Shown here piece by piece: positions 30,196 to 43,360 of a stretch of 64,000 nucleotides of DNA. The notes beneath the pieces were generated by a model. The model was not told where the DNA came from, ran no database searches, and saw nothing but the letters and a program-made list of their open reading frames with translations. Numbering within the stretch: position 1 is the stretch's first letter; every line of letters starts with the position of its first letter. Source of the DNA: a virus; the IMG/VR virus record IMGVR_UViG_3300020214_000007, positions 1 to 64,000 of that record. One strand, written 5' to 3'. The translations under genes and the position numbers were made by a program.

Positions 30196-32844
30196 TTAAC
30201 CTAATTGAAGTAATTTTTGAACGTTGATGTCGGGAGACTTAGTTTTCATCTTAACTATAACATTGTCAACAGACCCGCTAGAAAAATAATTAGAAAAATT
30301 ATTTCTTACTATTAACCTAAATCTTAAATAATTATTCATATAACTATATATTACATTAAAGGGTTGATTAATTGATTTATTGAAAATAATATTTTTATCA
30401 TTTTGAAAAAATAGAATTTCAGCCGTATTATAAAAACTTGCTTTTTCAAAACTACCATCTAAATAGTTTGTTAAATTGATCGCATACGATCCATCTGCAA
30501 ACCTTACAACTGCCGGACTATACCCGAAGTATTCGGCTGCTGGTATAGTACCATATGTTAAACTATATGTTGCATTTTTCAAATAACTGCTATTTATGTA
30601 TGGATTATTTTTTAAAACCACCTTATTTTCAGATCCTGTTTTTTGAAAAAATTCTCCATCTACGCCCCCTTTTCCTGCATTCAGTAGCTTGGTGGCGTCT
30701 GACAATACCGAAACGTCAACGTATTGCTGAGAATAGTTAATGTCGTCTAACTTATAGCTAACAATATATACTGAATTTTTATTAAATGCATTTAAAATAA
30801 CTAATTTATCAAACTTATTTACTGTAAATTTATTGTTAGGTAATAACTTTTGATTCTCAAAAACTTTTACCGTAGTATCCTGCGGATAAAAGCGCAATTG
30901 GGCGGAAGCGGTAGGGGGATCAACAAATAGCATTTCTGATTCAATTTCATTAGAATCATAAAAGGCTAATGGTATCCAATCTTTTTCGCTAACTGGATCA
31001 TCTTGAAACGAAATTGAAAGCTCATAAGAGTTAGGTTTTTGTAGATCAAAAGAAGCCGAATTGTATTTTTCTAAATTTTTATCTAAGTTAACTTTCCCCT
31101 TAATGCCGTAAAGATCGCCGGGAACCGATATCTTGCAGCTTATATAAGAGGCTTTAGATAAAGAGTATGATTTATTTGTTTGATTTACGGCGTTTATTTT
31201 TCCAAATTGAATTTCTTTTATTGTAAAAGAATATTCGTAATTATTAAGAGAAAAAGAATTATTATTGAACAAATTCGTTGAGTTAAAAGAAGTGCCAGCA
31301 ATTGTTTGTTCTGTTGAATTTTCAAACGCCTTATAACCTAAGTCATTTAAGTTTTGAGATATGACTGATGGCGCACTAGATATTTGAGATAATCTATTTT
31401 CGGTATATGCGGACTTTGTTTCTTTAAAAAGAGAGTTTTTAAATACATTCATTTTTGATCCGAGGGCTTGAGAAACAATATTGTTTATCATCACAGTTAA
31501 TGGACTAGTTGTAAATAATTTATTATTGTCATCAATTCCCAATAAACTATTGTTTTCTTGATCAAAGTTATTCTCAACAAAGCAAGGGTGGTTTTTGTCA
31601 TAAATAGGAAACTTACAGGTATAATATTCTGAATATGAATAATCATTTCTTTTTAGTTCGTCTATAGAAACTTCTCTTTTAAAGTATTCAATAACAATAT
31701 CTTGAAGAACGCTGTATTTATTTTTTCTTTGTTTTTTTGATTCTAAGACAAATTTTGATAAAGATCTAGAAATAAGTTCATCTATCAATGGCGGGTTATT
31801 CGATTTTGTATAAGTACCTTGATTAAAAATCAATATAATTTTTTTAATTTTATCTAATGGAATATTTATATCCACCGTTGAATTAACCAATATCGGAGCA
31901 TTAAGTATTTTTTTAATCTGATAACCAGAAATCGGATTGTTAGAGTTTAATGAATAAATTTTTTCTGCGGCGCCTGATGCCTCTACGGCCACTTGAAGCA
32001 GTTGTAGTCCATTACTTTCCCCGGGAAAAACTCTAAGAAAATCCATTTCTACTTCTTTTATGAAAGAAATTTCCATTAAAGTTTTTGCTCCAACTATATA
32101 TGAATAATCATAATCTATATATTTAGAAATTTCACTAATCGTAGAGGTTATAACTACTGGAGATTTTATCGAAACACTCCAGGTATCAGATTCGTCTTCA
32201 TTAAATAGTGAATTTAAATTTCCTTCGGAAGAAACATATTGTTTATAATTAGAAAATGTTTTTATTTCTTTAATATTATTTAATACATTTATTGGATGAA
32301 TTCCTGAACCTATTTTGAATGTTGACGATACGGGATCTACAAATCCATCCCCATTGCTGGAGAACAAAAGCCCACCTCGATCTGTGTAGGGTACTTTTTG
32401 GCTTTCATATTCGTTTGAATTTAAATTATTATCAAAATTTTCGATATATGAAAAATTATATAGATCATCTTTTCCAGATAAAAATTCATAATTGTTAACG
32501 TAATTTTCATAATATGCCAAAGCCGTTTCTGCCTTAGCTATTTGCGATAACATGATTTCGGTCATTGAATTAATTACCGTATTAATTGAATTTGATGCGT
32601 CAAAAAACCTAGAGAATCTTAATTCAAAATCCCTAAAAACATCAACAAAAAATTCTGATTTAATTAACTCTCTAGAAATTGACAAAGTGGGAACAAAAGT
32701 CGGACCAGAAGAAAAATTACTAAGATTTTTAACCAACTCAGCCACTTGAGCTTTATCAACTCTAATATCCCTGATTAAAGAACCAACAGTTCTTTGTGAG
32801 TCTTGAGAAAATGTTTTTATAGTATCCGGAAGAAAATTAATCAT
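30196..32844 (-). CDS. virion structural protein (putative)
   Basis: Start reassigned to MINFLPD at 32844. Confidence 0.7.
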   Translation of the reverse strand: MINFLPDTIKTFSQDSQRTVGSLIRDIRVDKAQVAELVKNLSNFSSGPTFVPTLSISRELIKSEFFVDVFRDFELRFSRFFDASNSINTVINSMTEIMLSQIAKAETALAYYENYVNNYEFLSGKDDLYNFSYIENFDNNLNSNEYESQKVPYTDRGGLLFSSNGDGFVDPVSSTFKIGSGIHPINVLNNIKEIKTFSNYKQYVSSEGNLNSLFNEDESDTWSVSIKSPVVITSTISEISKYIDYDYSYIVGAKTLMEISFIKEVEMDFLRVFPGESNGLQLLQVAVEASGAAEKIYSLNSNNPISGYQIKKILNAPILVNSTVDINIPLDKIKKIILIFNQGTYTKSNNPPLIDELISRSLSKFVLESKKQRKNKYSVLQDIVIEYFKREVSIDELKRNDYSYSEYYTCKFPIYDKNHPCFVENNFDQENNSLLGIDDNNKLFTTSPLTVMINNIVSQALGSKMNVFKNSLFKETKSAYTENRLSQISSAPSVISQNLNDLGYKAFENSTEQTIAGTSFNSTNLFNNNSFSLNNYEYSFTIKEIQFGKINAVNQTNKSYSLSKASYISCKISVPGDLYGIKGKVNLDKNLEKYNSASFDLQKPNSYELSISFQDDPVSEKDWIPLAFYDSNEIESEMLFVDPPTASAQLRFYPQDTTVKVFENQKLLPNNKFTVNKFDKLVILNAFNKNSVYIVSYKLDDINYSQQYVDVSVLSDATKLLNAGKGGVDGEFFQKTGSENKVVLKNNPYINSSYLKNATYSLTYGTIPAAEYFGYSPAVVRFADGSYAINLTNYLDGSFEKASFYNTAEILFFQNDKNIIFNKSINQPFNVIYSYMNNYLRFRLIVRNNFSNYFSSGSVDNVIVKMKTKSPDINVQKLLQLG

Positions 32845-32848
32845 ATAT

Positions 32849-35800
32849 CTATACCGTAATCCAATCATTTCCATCCATGTCTTGTATCTTAAAGACAACA
32901 CCAGCTGTTATATTTCTTCTAATTATAGAATACACATCTTCTTTATTGACAAAATTATTCAAAACCGCTTTTGGAAGTTTAATAATTATAAAACCACCCT
33001 TAGGATAAGCTTGCTGATCAGGGGGATAAACATCCCAGAAAGAAACCGCTTCCTTTGTTTCTTTAAGCACTTTTTCAATATCTAGAGAACCATAAGATTC
33101 TATATTAACCGATTTATCATAAGTAGATTTTAGACCTCCACCCTTAACTCTTAAATCCACTAGGTCAATTCCTGATTGTGGTGTATTTTTTAACACGTGG
33201 ATTAACCCTATTTGAATTGCAAGTGGATCATAGCTGACGCTATCGTATTGATTAAAAATATTATTATCGTACGTAAAATGAACGACACCATCAAATACAT
33301 AATCGGATATGTGATTCCATGAATATACTAGATTATTTGAGGAATTAATAGCTTTAATATCCTTAACCTCTATCTTAGAAGGCTTAATGTAAATATATAA
33401 TGGTTTTTCTGGTTCAATTAAATCTTGATTTAAAAATGGATTAAGCGGAATTGGATTGCCGTTAACGTGTTTGAGTGGAATACCACTTGCTTTTACCGCG
33501 TAAGAAACTCTAATTAAATCTGTATCTTGCGACAGATCTTTTGTAAGATCGATTACTCCGGTGTCACAATTAATATTTCTTATAAATTTAGAATCTAGAA
33601 CTTCCCATTCATCGGCGTCTGATTTTCTTGTTTCTATGAATAAATATTGTTTTAAAATACCAATTTTATTTGCAGATGGTTCAATGTAAGAGGCGATAGG
33701 TATTTGAGATAGTTGAATTTTTCTTGACGAAAGAAAAATAGGATATTCATTTAATACATCTACATAAGGTTTACCCAATATTTGAGACCATAAAACATTT
33801 GATACGTCTAAAGTTGAGTACGTAGCTCTTAGGGTTTTCCCATTATAGTTTTGAAGCCAGTTAACTGAACCATATTCTGGATCAATATAAAACTCTTTTG
33901 TAAATGAACCAGAAGTTACATATAGTGGCCATTGATCTAGCTGTGAAAGATTTGGCGGAATGGAAGATAGAGATATTCTAGAGGATGGAATGTATGAAAC
34001 ATGATAAATCGGACACGCTATTTTCACTGGAGCTATGGGTGGAATTATTATTCCAGTGTTTTTAACACCAAGAAAATCAGAATCTCCAACATTCCCATCT
34101 GCATCCATGGCGAGTACGGCAATATATATGTTTTCTGGACCCCTTGAAATATAGTCAACATAGTATAGGGTTTGTCCTATAAATTCTTTTTTTAATCTAT
34201 CATAAAACCCATACAATAAACCACCATTGTTTAAGTTTATTATTTGATTTTGAAGAACAAAAGCCCCATAATCAATATTGAATTCTATATTTCCCGAATT
34301 ATTACTAACAAAGGATTGGAGACTGATTCCATAGGGTTTCCCGACTTTATCGGCCTCTGTGCTGGGCTGACATAACATTAACAGTCCGTCTAGGACACTA
34401 ATTGAATTTTTGCTTTTTTGAATCAATGACCCATCTGCTTTTAACAACCAATAATTATTTATTTCAGAAATAGAACTTTTTATTATATTTGAATTTTGAT
34501 AGTTTAAAGAAGATGTTTCAAAAAATAATTTATTTCCAGCGGTACTTACAACCACCGAATTAGAATTAACCGGATTTTTGGTTGCAGATAAAACATTAGA
34601 AACAGACAAAGTAGAAGAATTTACTTCAATAGTTTTAGAAGATGTAAGATCTATCGTTATAGATTCATCTTTATAATTTGGCGTTGCTCCAGCGTTCGCG
34701 TCTGCGAAGGCGCTAAACGGTGGTTTGTAATTGGTAGAACTAAAATCGATTTTTGTAGTTTTTAAATCTAAAGTAGCACTTCCGGAAAAATTTGGATATG
34801 TTATAGACAATGGTTCTGTGGTAAATTTCACGGACTTAATTCCACTCAAATCAATTTGTTCTGCCCTATTTGCAGATATATTATCAACTTTTCCAGAAAT
34901 TTTATATTTAATAACTGCTGGAAGAACCTGTGTTTTATCTGCGTAACCAAATTCTTCTTTAGAATAAGTATGTGTTTGTACTATTTTATATTTAGCGGCT
35001 TCAATTTCCTTTGCAAATTGAGTTTGAAATTCATATTTAATATCAAAGTTAATACTTGTAATACTATACCCTTCTGCATATGCCCCAAACTTACCGCCAA
35101 GTTTACTTCCAGTAAGCTTAATTGATACAACGCCGCACTCTGCAAGTGGCTTGTTAATATCTATCGTAATTGTTCCAGTAGAAGCCGCCGTTGCAGACTT
35201 TAACAATATAGACTTATTATAATCTGCCGTTTGAGATGCAACGTTGTATGCGTAGCCCCTTACCTCTTTAAGGCTTATTCCTTTATAGTTGTTAGCGTTT
35301 TTAAATTTTCCAACAACAATCTTCATCTTTAATATTTGCACTTTTTGAAGTGCCGGTTTTCTATAAAATGCTGGAATAGCAATATATATAATGTCATTTA
35401 TTTGAGTAGGACCTTCGGTTCCAGTGTAGGATATTTTTTGAAAATCTAAATTTTTTACATTAATTAGTTCCCATATTTCTGCAACTGTTGCGGCATGTTC
35501 TATATACTTAAGAGCATCTTTATTGTCTTTTTTGGTTTTAATCCTTTCCGTTACCTCATCATATCTGGGTCGTTGTGTTTGATACATTTTTTTCCAAACC
35601 TCTCTTGAAAAGAGAGATTTTGTTTCGCTATCAACGATTCCGTCTTTTACTCTAGCTTTATATACTTGTTGAAATTTTAATACAGCGGCTTCTGTTTTGG
35701 CATCATACTTTCTGGTCAACGGACACTCTAGCAAATCGTTATTTAATGCTTTTGCTTCTCTTAAGGTTATCTGTATATAGGCAATGTATTCCGCCAACAT

Positions 35801-38633
35801 GTGCGATCCATTCTTTTTATAATTGGTATTAACATTGCCGTTATCTATATCCCTTGTGTAGATATAGTGATTTCTAGACCCAGAAGATTCTGCAGTTTTT
35901 AATCTGTATTCACCATTAAGCCTATCATCAGCCAGTGCGTACACTTCTGTTTGATTTGCCACTGTCTGCTGATTTAGATCAGTTTGTGCCGTAAATTCGT
36001 CCTTTGACCAGACAGCTGCCGTCTCCAGCACATTCTCAGTCTCAGTGCTAGTCAATGTTGGTTTTACAACCCAAAATTCTTTTCTAGTTAACGTCGCATT
36101 GTACGTAGCTGTTATTTCCGTAGACCAGTCTGCGCTAAGTATGATTGGAGATTCAGATGATTGAACATAAGAATTAAAAATGGAAAATTTAAATCCATAA
36201 GACTGATATATATTTCTTGAAGAGATTTTTAACGACAAGTTATCCTGTGTTACTAAAGAACTCTTGTATGCCCTTTGTCTAAGAACATAGGCGCCAAAAC
36301 CACCCGGAACAGAAAATCTAGCTGATGGAGCGTTTGTATATGCGTGCAGTGGCGACCCTATGGATTCTTGATTTACTCGGAATAAATTATAAGATGTTGG
36401 TATTTCGGGTACAGTTTCTGTAATTCTATTAGAATTTGAGATAATAACATCTGGATTAGTGACTTCAATATAAAATTCAATATTTGAAGTATCTATTTCC
36501 TGAAGCGCTATTGAATACTGATCGGCTAAATAATCATAAATAGATTTTCTATAAAATTCAAGAATGGATTGATTTGATCCAGATATGTTTTTGGCGTAAT
36601 TTAATTTACCATCAGAATCTTTTATTAAATTATATTCTGTTGTTTTTTCATCATCCAAAAGAACGTTTTGATTGATAACGTAAGAGCTAGACCATTTTGA
36701 AACATGATAATAACACGATGCTCTTAAATCTTTTATCTTTGCGGAAAATATTCTAGAAGTAAGAGCCACAGAAACTGCGTTATACAAAAGTTTGAATGGT
36801 CCGCTCAGTAGATGCCGTTGCATTAAATGGCGTTTGGTTAATCGACGCCGAAGCCGAGTTTGCCGTTGCAAAATCAAAAATACTAGATGGCTGATAAACA
36901 TCATTACAGTATTTAAGCATGGTGCATGTAGTCGCCAATACATTTCCCCTCAGCAGTGCGTCGGCCACATTGGTGTAGCCATATCCAACAAAAATTGGTT
37001 TGTCTCTAGAATTTTTTAATACGACATTTGACTCAGAGTAAGATCCAGTAAATTCTTTTGCGGTTTTAGTTGTCGTAATTCCCAAAGCCAATGAACCAAC
37101 GTTGCTTCTTCCAAACAGCGAATATACATCATAGTTTGTTGAGTTTATGGTTACAGCTTCAAAGACTGAAGCATTTATTGGCCAGGCGTTATTCTTTTTT
37201 TCATCCAAAAAAACATTATTAGTATTATAGCTCCATGTATTAAGTTGATAAGAGTCAGTTGAAATTGTCAAAGAGGGATCAATGTTTTCGGCCCCACTAG
37301 ATTGAGACAAATCTAAAACAATAGTGCCTTGGGTATTTTCAACAAAGTATTTTACTTTTTGCCCTTGTTCTCTGGTAATTGGTGATATTGGAGACCACGC
37401 TAAAATATCAAAAGAGGATAATTGTTCATTGGTAATTGCATCAATCGACATTAGCCAATGCACCGCTGCATTTGTAGGGGCGGAGCTATTTGGATTAACG
37501 TAAGAATACTTTGACAAGTTATATGGAGACTGTTGGAGTCTGTAGAAAATATAGGGATTTGCAGACCCATAATTTCCAGAAGTTTTCATTTCCGAAAGCT
37601 GAGAAGATGTACACAAAACCGCGCAATTAATAACTTTTTGTTTTATATTTAATTCTGAATCAATTTCTTCTTGTCCATTTACCGAAGAAACGTCTACCTG
37701 TCTAAATATTTTTGCTATCAATCTCCAATTAAATGTTTCGTATGTTCTATTATCAGATATTGCTTTCCTGGGTACAACTATTTCAAAACCATCCGTTGAA
37801 AAATTATTATTAATAATATTATTTTTAAAAGTTATTGATTTTTTAGAAAAGATCTTTTTATTTCTCATTGAATTATCAACAGCAATCGACTCTTCTGCAA
37901 TCTGATTAAACACATTAACTACATTTATATTTTCCTTATACTGTGGTACCACCGAAGAAATCGACTCAGTGGAAGATAGGTAAACTTTATCGTAAACTAA
38001 CTGCAAATTTTTAGGATGAGGATCTGAAAATAGTACAACAATTTTATATGGACGATTTGATCTTTCTTCATATACACTGTGATCAATCTGATCTAATAAT
38101 ATCCTGTATTTTTTAATACCACTATTTTTATCTACATACTCTTGACCGTTTTCATCTATAACTTTTATAGATTTTGGAATTTTATTTTCTTCTATAAAAG
38201 AATTTAAATTATCTATCAAAAAAGAATCTGTTGGAAGCATTGTGTAATATCTCGATACATAGTAAGAGTGCACAAACATTTCGTTTTTTATTTCTCGATG
38301 CACATATCTTTTATCTAACGTTTGTTCATCCAAGAACAAATCAGATATACTGACATCTTCACAGTCAAATATTGTGTTGGCGTTCTCGTCTTCAAGAACG
38401 CCAAGTTCGTTTGCAAATACTAATTTATTTTTTAAATCTAGTGGATTAGAATTGATCTCTGTGGCGTAAGCATTTTCTGGAGTAAAACCAGATAAATCTG
38501 TAATCGACAGATTATTTGCTGGACTAATTGGCTTAGAAGAAAACCACGCTAAACCAACAGACTGATCATCAACTGGCAGATTATTAGTTTTTTTAAATTT
38601 AATATCAGAGTCTGAATTGAGCGGTTTAGACAT
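32849..38633 (-). CDS. large virion/baseplate protein with an internal peptidoglycan-binding domain, 1927 aa, one CGGN site
   Basis: Joined via CGGA at 36800..36803 (ASTE-G-PFKLLYN). PG_binding_1-like segment IQITL...YDAKTEAAVLKFQ...DGIVDSET at about 35620..35790. Confidence 0.75.
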
Positions 38634-38636
38634 CTT

Positions 38637-41600
38637 TTAATTATCCTTTTTTAAATTAATATATTCAGATATAAAATACGGAGTTGAACCCAAAAAACCC
38701 GCCTGATATTGTTCATATCTAGGAATTGGCAGCCAGGCTGGTGGAGTCCATCTTGGGGTGGCCCCAGAGGAGGTTACTAGTTGCTCATTATAGTAACTGG
38801 TTATAAACCTTGGAGTTGAGTATGTTTCCAGAGATTCTGTCTTATCAAAATTAATAACATCAACCACTTTTAAGTCTGACACGTAATTTAAATCAATATT
38901 ATCGTAAGACTCATACCAATATGCTATATCGCCAGCAACCGGCGTAGCATCACTGGAGTAGGATGTTTTAAAGTCTGATTCCGCTACAATGTACCAATAT
39001 CCGGGGTTAGATCTAGACTGACTAATAATGGGACCTATGGAGAATCTGCCATTATTATCTGTTGTAACTATTCCAGAATAATCAGAAAAATTAGTTGAAG
39101 AAGAATAGACCTGAGTTTTAAGAGCATTGTGCGGGGATCTTCCTTTTCTCCAATAAATAATCGCATTCTTGCTAGGAAGATTATTTTTTGTAGCAATTCC
39201 ATCAATAAACATTGAAGAAATACCATCTGCCTTAATAATTGAGGGATCTGTTGCTATTGATATGCTATAATTTTCTCTGTAGCTAGAATATATTTTGTAT
39301 GTATAGTATTTATCAAATGAAGAGTTACCTGCGCCTGAGCCCATAACCCTTATAGCATCGGTTACCATTCCCTGAACGGGCGTGGCGGCTGAGTAAGTTG
39401 CCCTAGTCATTGCATATCCTTCGGCGTTTGTTGTTACGACAGAGGGATATATTGTTAAATAATTGCTAGATAAAGTAAATTCTTGATCTGATTTTGGGTT
39501 TCCATTAATATCTAAAGAAGATATTGATATAATAATAAAATCCTTTTTGTCATCCATTACGTTATGGGGAGATATTCTTATTCGCGCTGTTTTAAATGGA
39601 TATTCTTTTGCGGAAGCAATTACATAACCCTTTTGAAGAAGCGAAGAAGTTTCGCCAAATCCGATATTAATCGGCGTGCTTTGCTCGTACTTTGACGTTT
39701 CGTAGGTAACCTCATAGAACAGCGGAGTACTTGGTGTGGCATCAAAAACTATTTTTGAATAATACGATGTGTCGTTTAATACATTATCTACATGATAAGA
39801 ATTTTTTGTTCTATAGGTAATTTCATAATTACGATTTTTATTAAATACAGGAGTTGAGCTCGCCACTGAAAGAATATTCGAACTTGAAGTTAAATCCTCA
39901 AATAATGTTTCACCAGTAAAGCTATCAACAATAGTCGCATCGTATATATCAAAATAGGATAAATAAAAAGAATCATCAAAAGAAGGTTTAATAAATTCTC
40001 TATTATAAAAACCAAACTGCCTTGGTGTTGCAAAGTCCTCAAAAGCTGTTTCTATATAATTAATATATGGAGTCGATTCTCCCTGCCTGTAAGCGTTAAT
40101 GTGTATAGGTGCTCCAGCCTGTGGCACTGAAGAAAGTGCTATCTCTTTTAGTTTGCCTGTGAATATTTCTTTTTGCGGTTTTGCGTAAGCGTAATATTCT
40201 TCCTTGCCTATATGCAGCCATCCGGTATTAATTCGGGCTTCCATTTTTTCATCATATAGTCGACCACGCGCAATAAAATTGCTAAATACAGTAGTATTTC
40301 TGGCTAAGTCATATGTTTCTTTTATAGAGTTAGCTGGATATACTATTTTTTTTGAAGTATAAAAATCATCATTAATTATAGAATTAATCGTATCAAATTT
40401 TAATACATAGTTTTTATTTAAAAATGGATTAACTATTTCCTGCTCAGACCAAATTAATACATCAACATCGGCTGGATCCAATATAGATATATTTTCAAAA
40501 TAGTATTTAAACTTAGAGGAACCAGAAATTCCAAAGGTTTCTCTAATTATTTCTGGAACAATAATTGTATCTGAATTTTTACTTGGAACAAATTCACCAC
40601 TTTGTTTTCTGTATCCGACATATCCATTTTCGTCAATATATCCAGTTATTGGAGTTGACAACGCTTCAAAGGGTATCCAATTAACAACTTTTCTTGGATA
40701 AATTTCTCCATCAAAAAGATTAAGGGCAATTGATGTTGGAACTGAAGAATACGGATATTGAATCTTTGAAAAATATTGATCGGCCGTCACTGATCCACCA
40801 ACAGTATTGACTTGAATATTTGGAGAAGACGGAACATAGACATCATAACCCAAAATTGGATCATATGTCACTCCGCCATGTCCCAAAAGCGAAGAGGATT
40901 CAGCACTATAACCGACTATCGCCGAACCTTCTGGTTTAACATTGTCAATACATATAAGGCCTGGAGTTGCCCCAGGTGGATAAACAATATTATTTGCTAT
41001 AGATTGTTGATCTATGAAATAGCTTACAGGGGGCGACGCTTCTTCAGAATTAATTCTTAAAGTTCTGGTTTGTTTTTTGGTTTGTTTTGTTTTTGTTTTT
41101 AATGACCACAGCTTAGACAATGCCTGAACAAATGTTGACTGGCTCATTCCTGGAGTGGCAGATATGAAAGACGTGGGGGCGGCATAATAAAGTGCGTCAG
41201 TGGGTTTATGGGAAAATCTAATTATAAAATCATCAGATTGTGGTGGAGTAGCATATTGGGTTCCATTCCACAACCCTAATCTAAGAGTAATATCGTTTAT
41301 ATAATTAATATGCATCTTATTAATCTCAATACTGTTTAAGAGATTGTTTAAATCTTTTAATTTATTATAATATGCTTTAAGTGTATTTTTTTCTTTTATT
41401 TCTAAATCACTAGATGTGAATCCCTCTGTATCAAATATTCCATATGGCTTCCAGTCTTGTACCGATATATCTGTTCCGTTCAGATATTTGATTATTTTTA
41501 GGATAGATTGTTAAAGGGGTATAAAATACTGTTGGAGTTGCGTAAATCGCGTGAGGCGTTGCATGAAATTCTAAAGTATAATTTACTGTTGCCGCTGGGT

Positions 41601-43352
41601 TATCATATTCCCTAATTGTGTAATCGGAGTAATATTCAATATCAACATTTACCGGAAAGTAGCCAGGGGTAGGTCCTGCAGATTTTTTACCCTTGGCGAG
41701 TAGAAATGTTTCAAAATATACGGGCGTTGCATCGGTTTGTCGTATTGACAGAGCTAAATCATCCTGGTCTCCTATACCTGGTTGGTAATAAGGAATTTCG
41801 ATATTAGAATCATAATATCGTGCAGACAATCTACCAACGCTATCATCGTTTAATCCAGCGTAATCCCATAATGCATTATCAAAAGCAAAATATCCCCAGT
41901 TATTTGGATATCTAATATTAAGCTCTTCTACTAATTTTTTAAAATATTCTGTTTGATTACCATCGGCGGTAAAGTACGGAGTAGAACTAGTTATATCAGA
42001 CATCTCCAAAATCTCTGGAGTTGCGCCGGCATATTCTGAACTAGGGTTAACTCCATAAGCTTTCCAAATATTCAGCTCTCTTCTGAGGGTGCGCTTAAAT
42101 GATTCAATGTCAACGCCTATTGGATTTTTAAACGCATCTAATATTCTTTCTCTAAAAGAAACATTGTTCTCCAGGTAAAGGCGGCTCATTCCAACTCTTA
42201 AGCCAAGTTCATCAAACCAGTTAAATATTTGAACCGGCAGTTGTGTAAGATTTGTTAAGCCTAAGTTTTCATTTTTTGCTTGTAGTAAATAAAATTTTTG
42301 TAAAGTAAGTATCTCTCTGTTTATTGGATTGTGATAAAAAACATAATCAGTTTCTCTAGAGTTAAGAAAATCCGAAATATTATCTATTCTTGCTAATTCA
42401 ATACCATTGGCTAGTATTTTATGAAAAGTGGCATTTACATTATTGGACGAATAAATCCACGCTATTTGATTTGTATCTGCTCTATTAATAAAAGAATTAA
42501 TATTTAATATATCTAATTCTCTATCAAATTTATCTAGATGCTCTCCTACAATCGCATTAATAAATTTTCCGGCTGTTGTTTTAGGAACATACAGGTTCGG
42601 AGTTGCCTGATTTACCGCATCTGAATATAAAACCATCCAAGAAGGAAATCTCTTTAAAATATTTTTTACGCTCTGAGAAATAACTGGATTTACCGGATCT
42701 GCTATTGCAACTTCAATAATAAGAATAAATGACAATACACTAAGATCTAATACTTCAGTATCTATTTTTATTTCAAATTTAGCATATCTCTTTGTATTTT
42801 TTAGTAAAAGCAAGGACGCCAGCGCGTCCGATTGAGCGGTTGAGGAAAGAAAGTAGGGTCCGATTTAGAGCATCTGACTCATATATATTTAAGGTAAAAA
42901 CAATATTTTCAATACTATTCAAAGAAGAAGAAAATGCCCCTTTAAAGGTTCTAATATCTATTCTAGAAGAAGTATCAACAAATCTTAATTTGTTTGCAAC
43001 AAAAGAATCTGCAGTAAAAATTGGGGTAGAGGATGAATCGGGGTTAAAAATAGCACTTTCGCCCTGAAAAGAATCTGAATCAAATAGGTAGTATTCTAGT
43101 ATATTTGAATCGTTTACTAATTCTCCGATAATTTGTAACTTCGACCGCTCCAGATATTGTTGGGGTTGCATCTGATAAAATTTCTGTTCCAGTAAAAGTG
43201 TAATCATTAACAGAGTTTAAACCATATGGCGATCTTGTATAGCAGTAGTTTGTATAATACTTATTTGCATACAGGTCAATACCCTGCGTACTCCAAATTT
43301 TTCCATTTTTAGAAAAATCAGAAGTAACAAAACTAAGTAAATAAGTTTTCAT
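38637..43352 (-). CDS. large baseplate/tail protein, 1570 aa, three CGGN sites; Ig-like C-terminal region
   Basis: Four track ORFs join via CGGA at 43124..43127, 42859..42862 and 41475..41478. FDELGLRVGMSRLYLENNVSFRERILD resembles baseplate wedge proteins; TTNAEG and TTDNNG are Big-1-like motifs. Confidence 0.75.
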
Positions 43353-43360
43353 TTATACCC

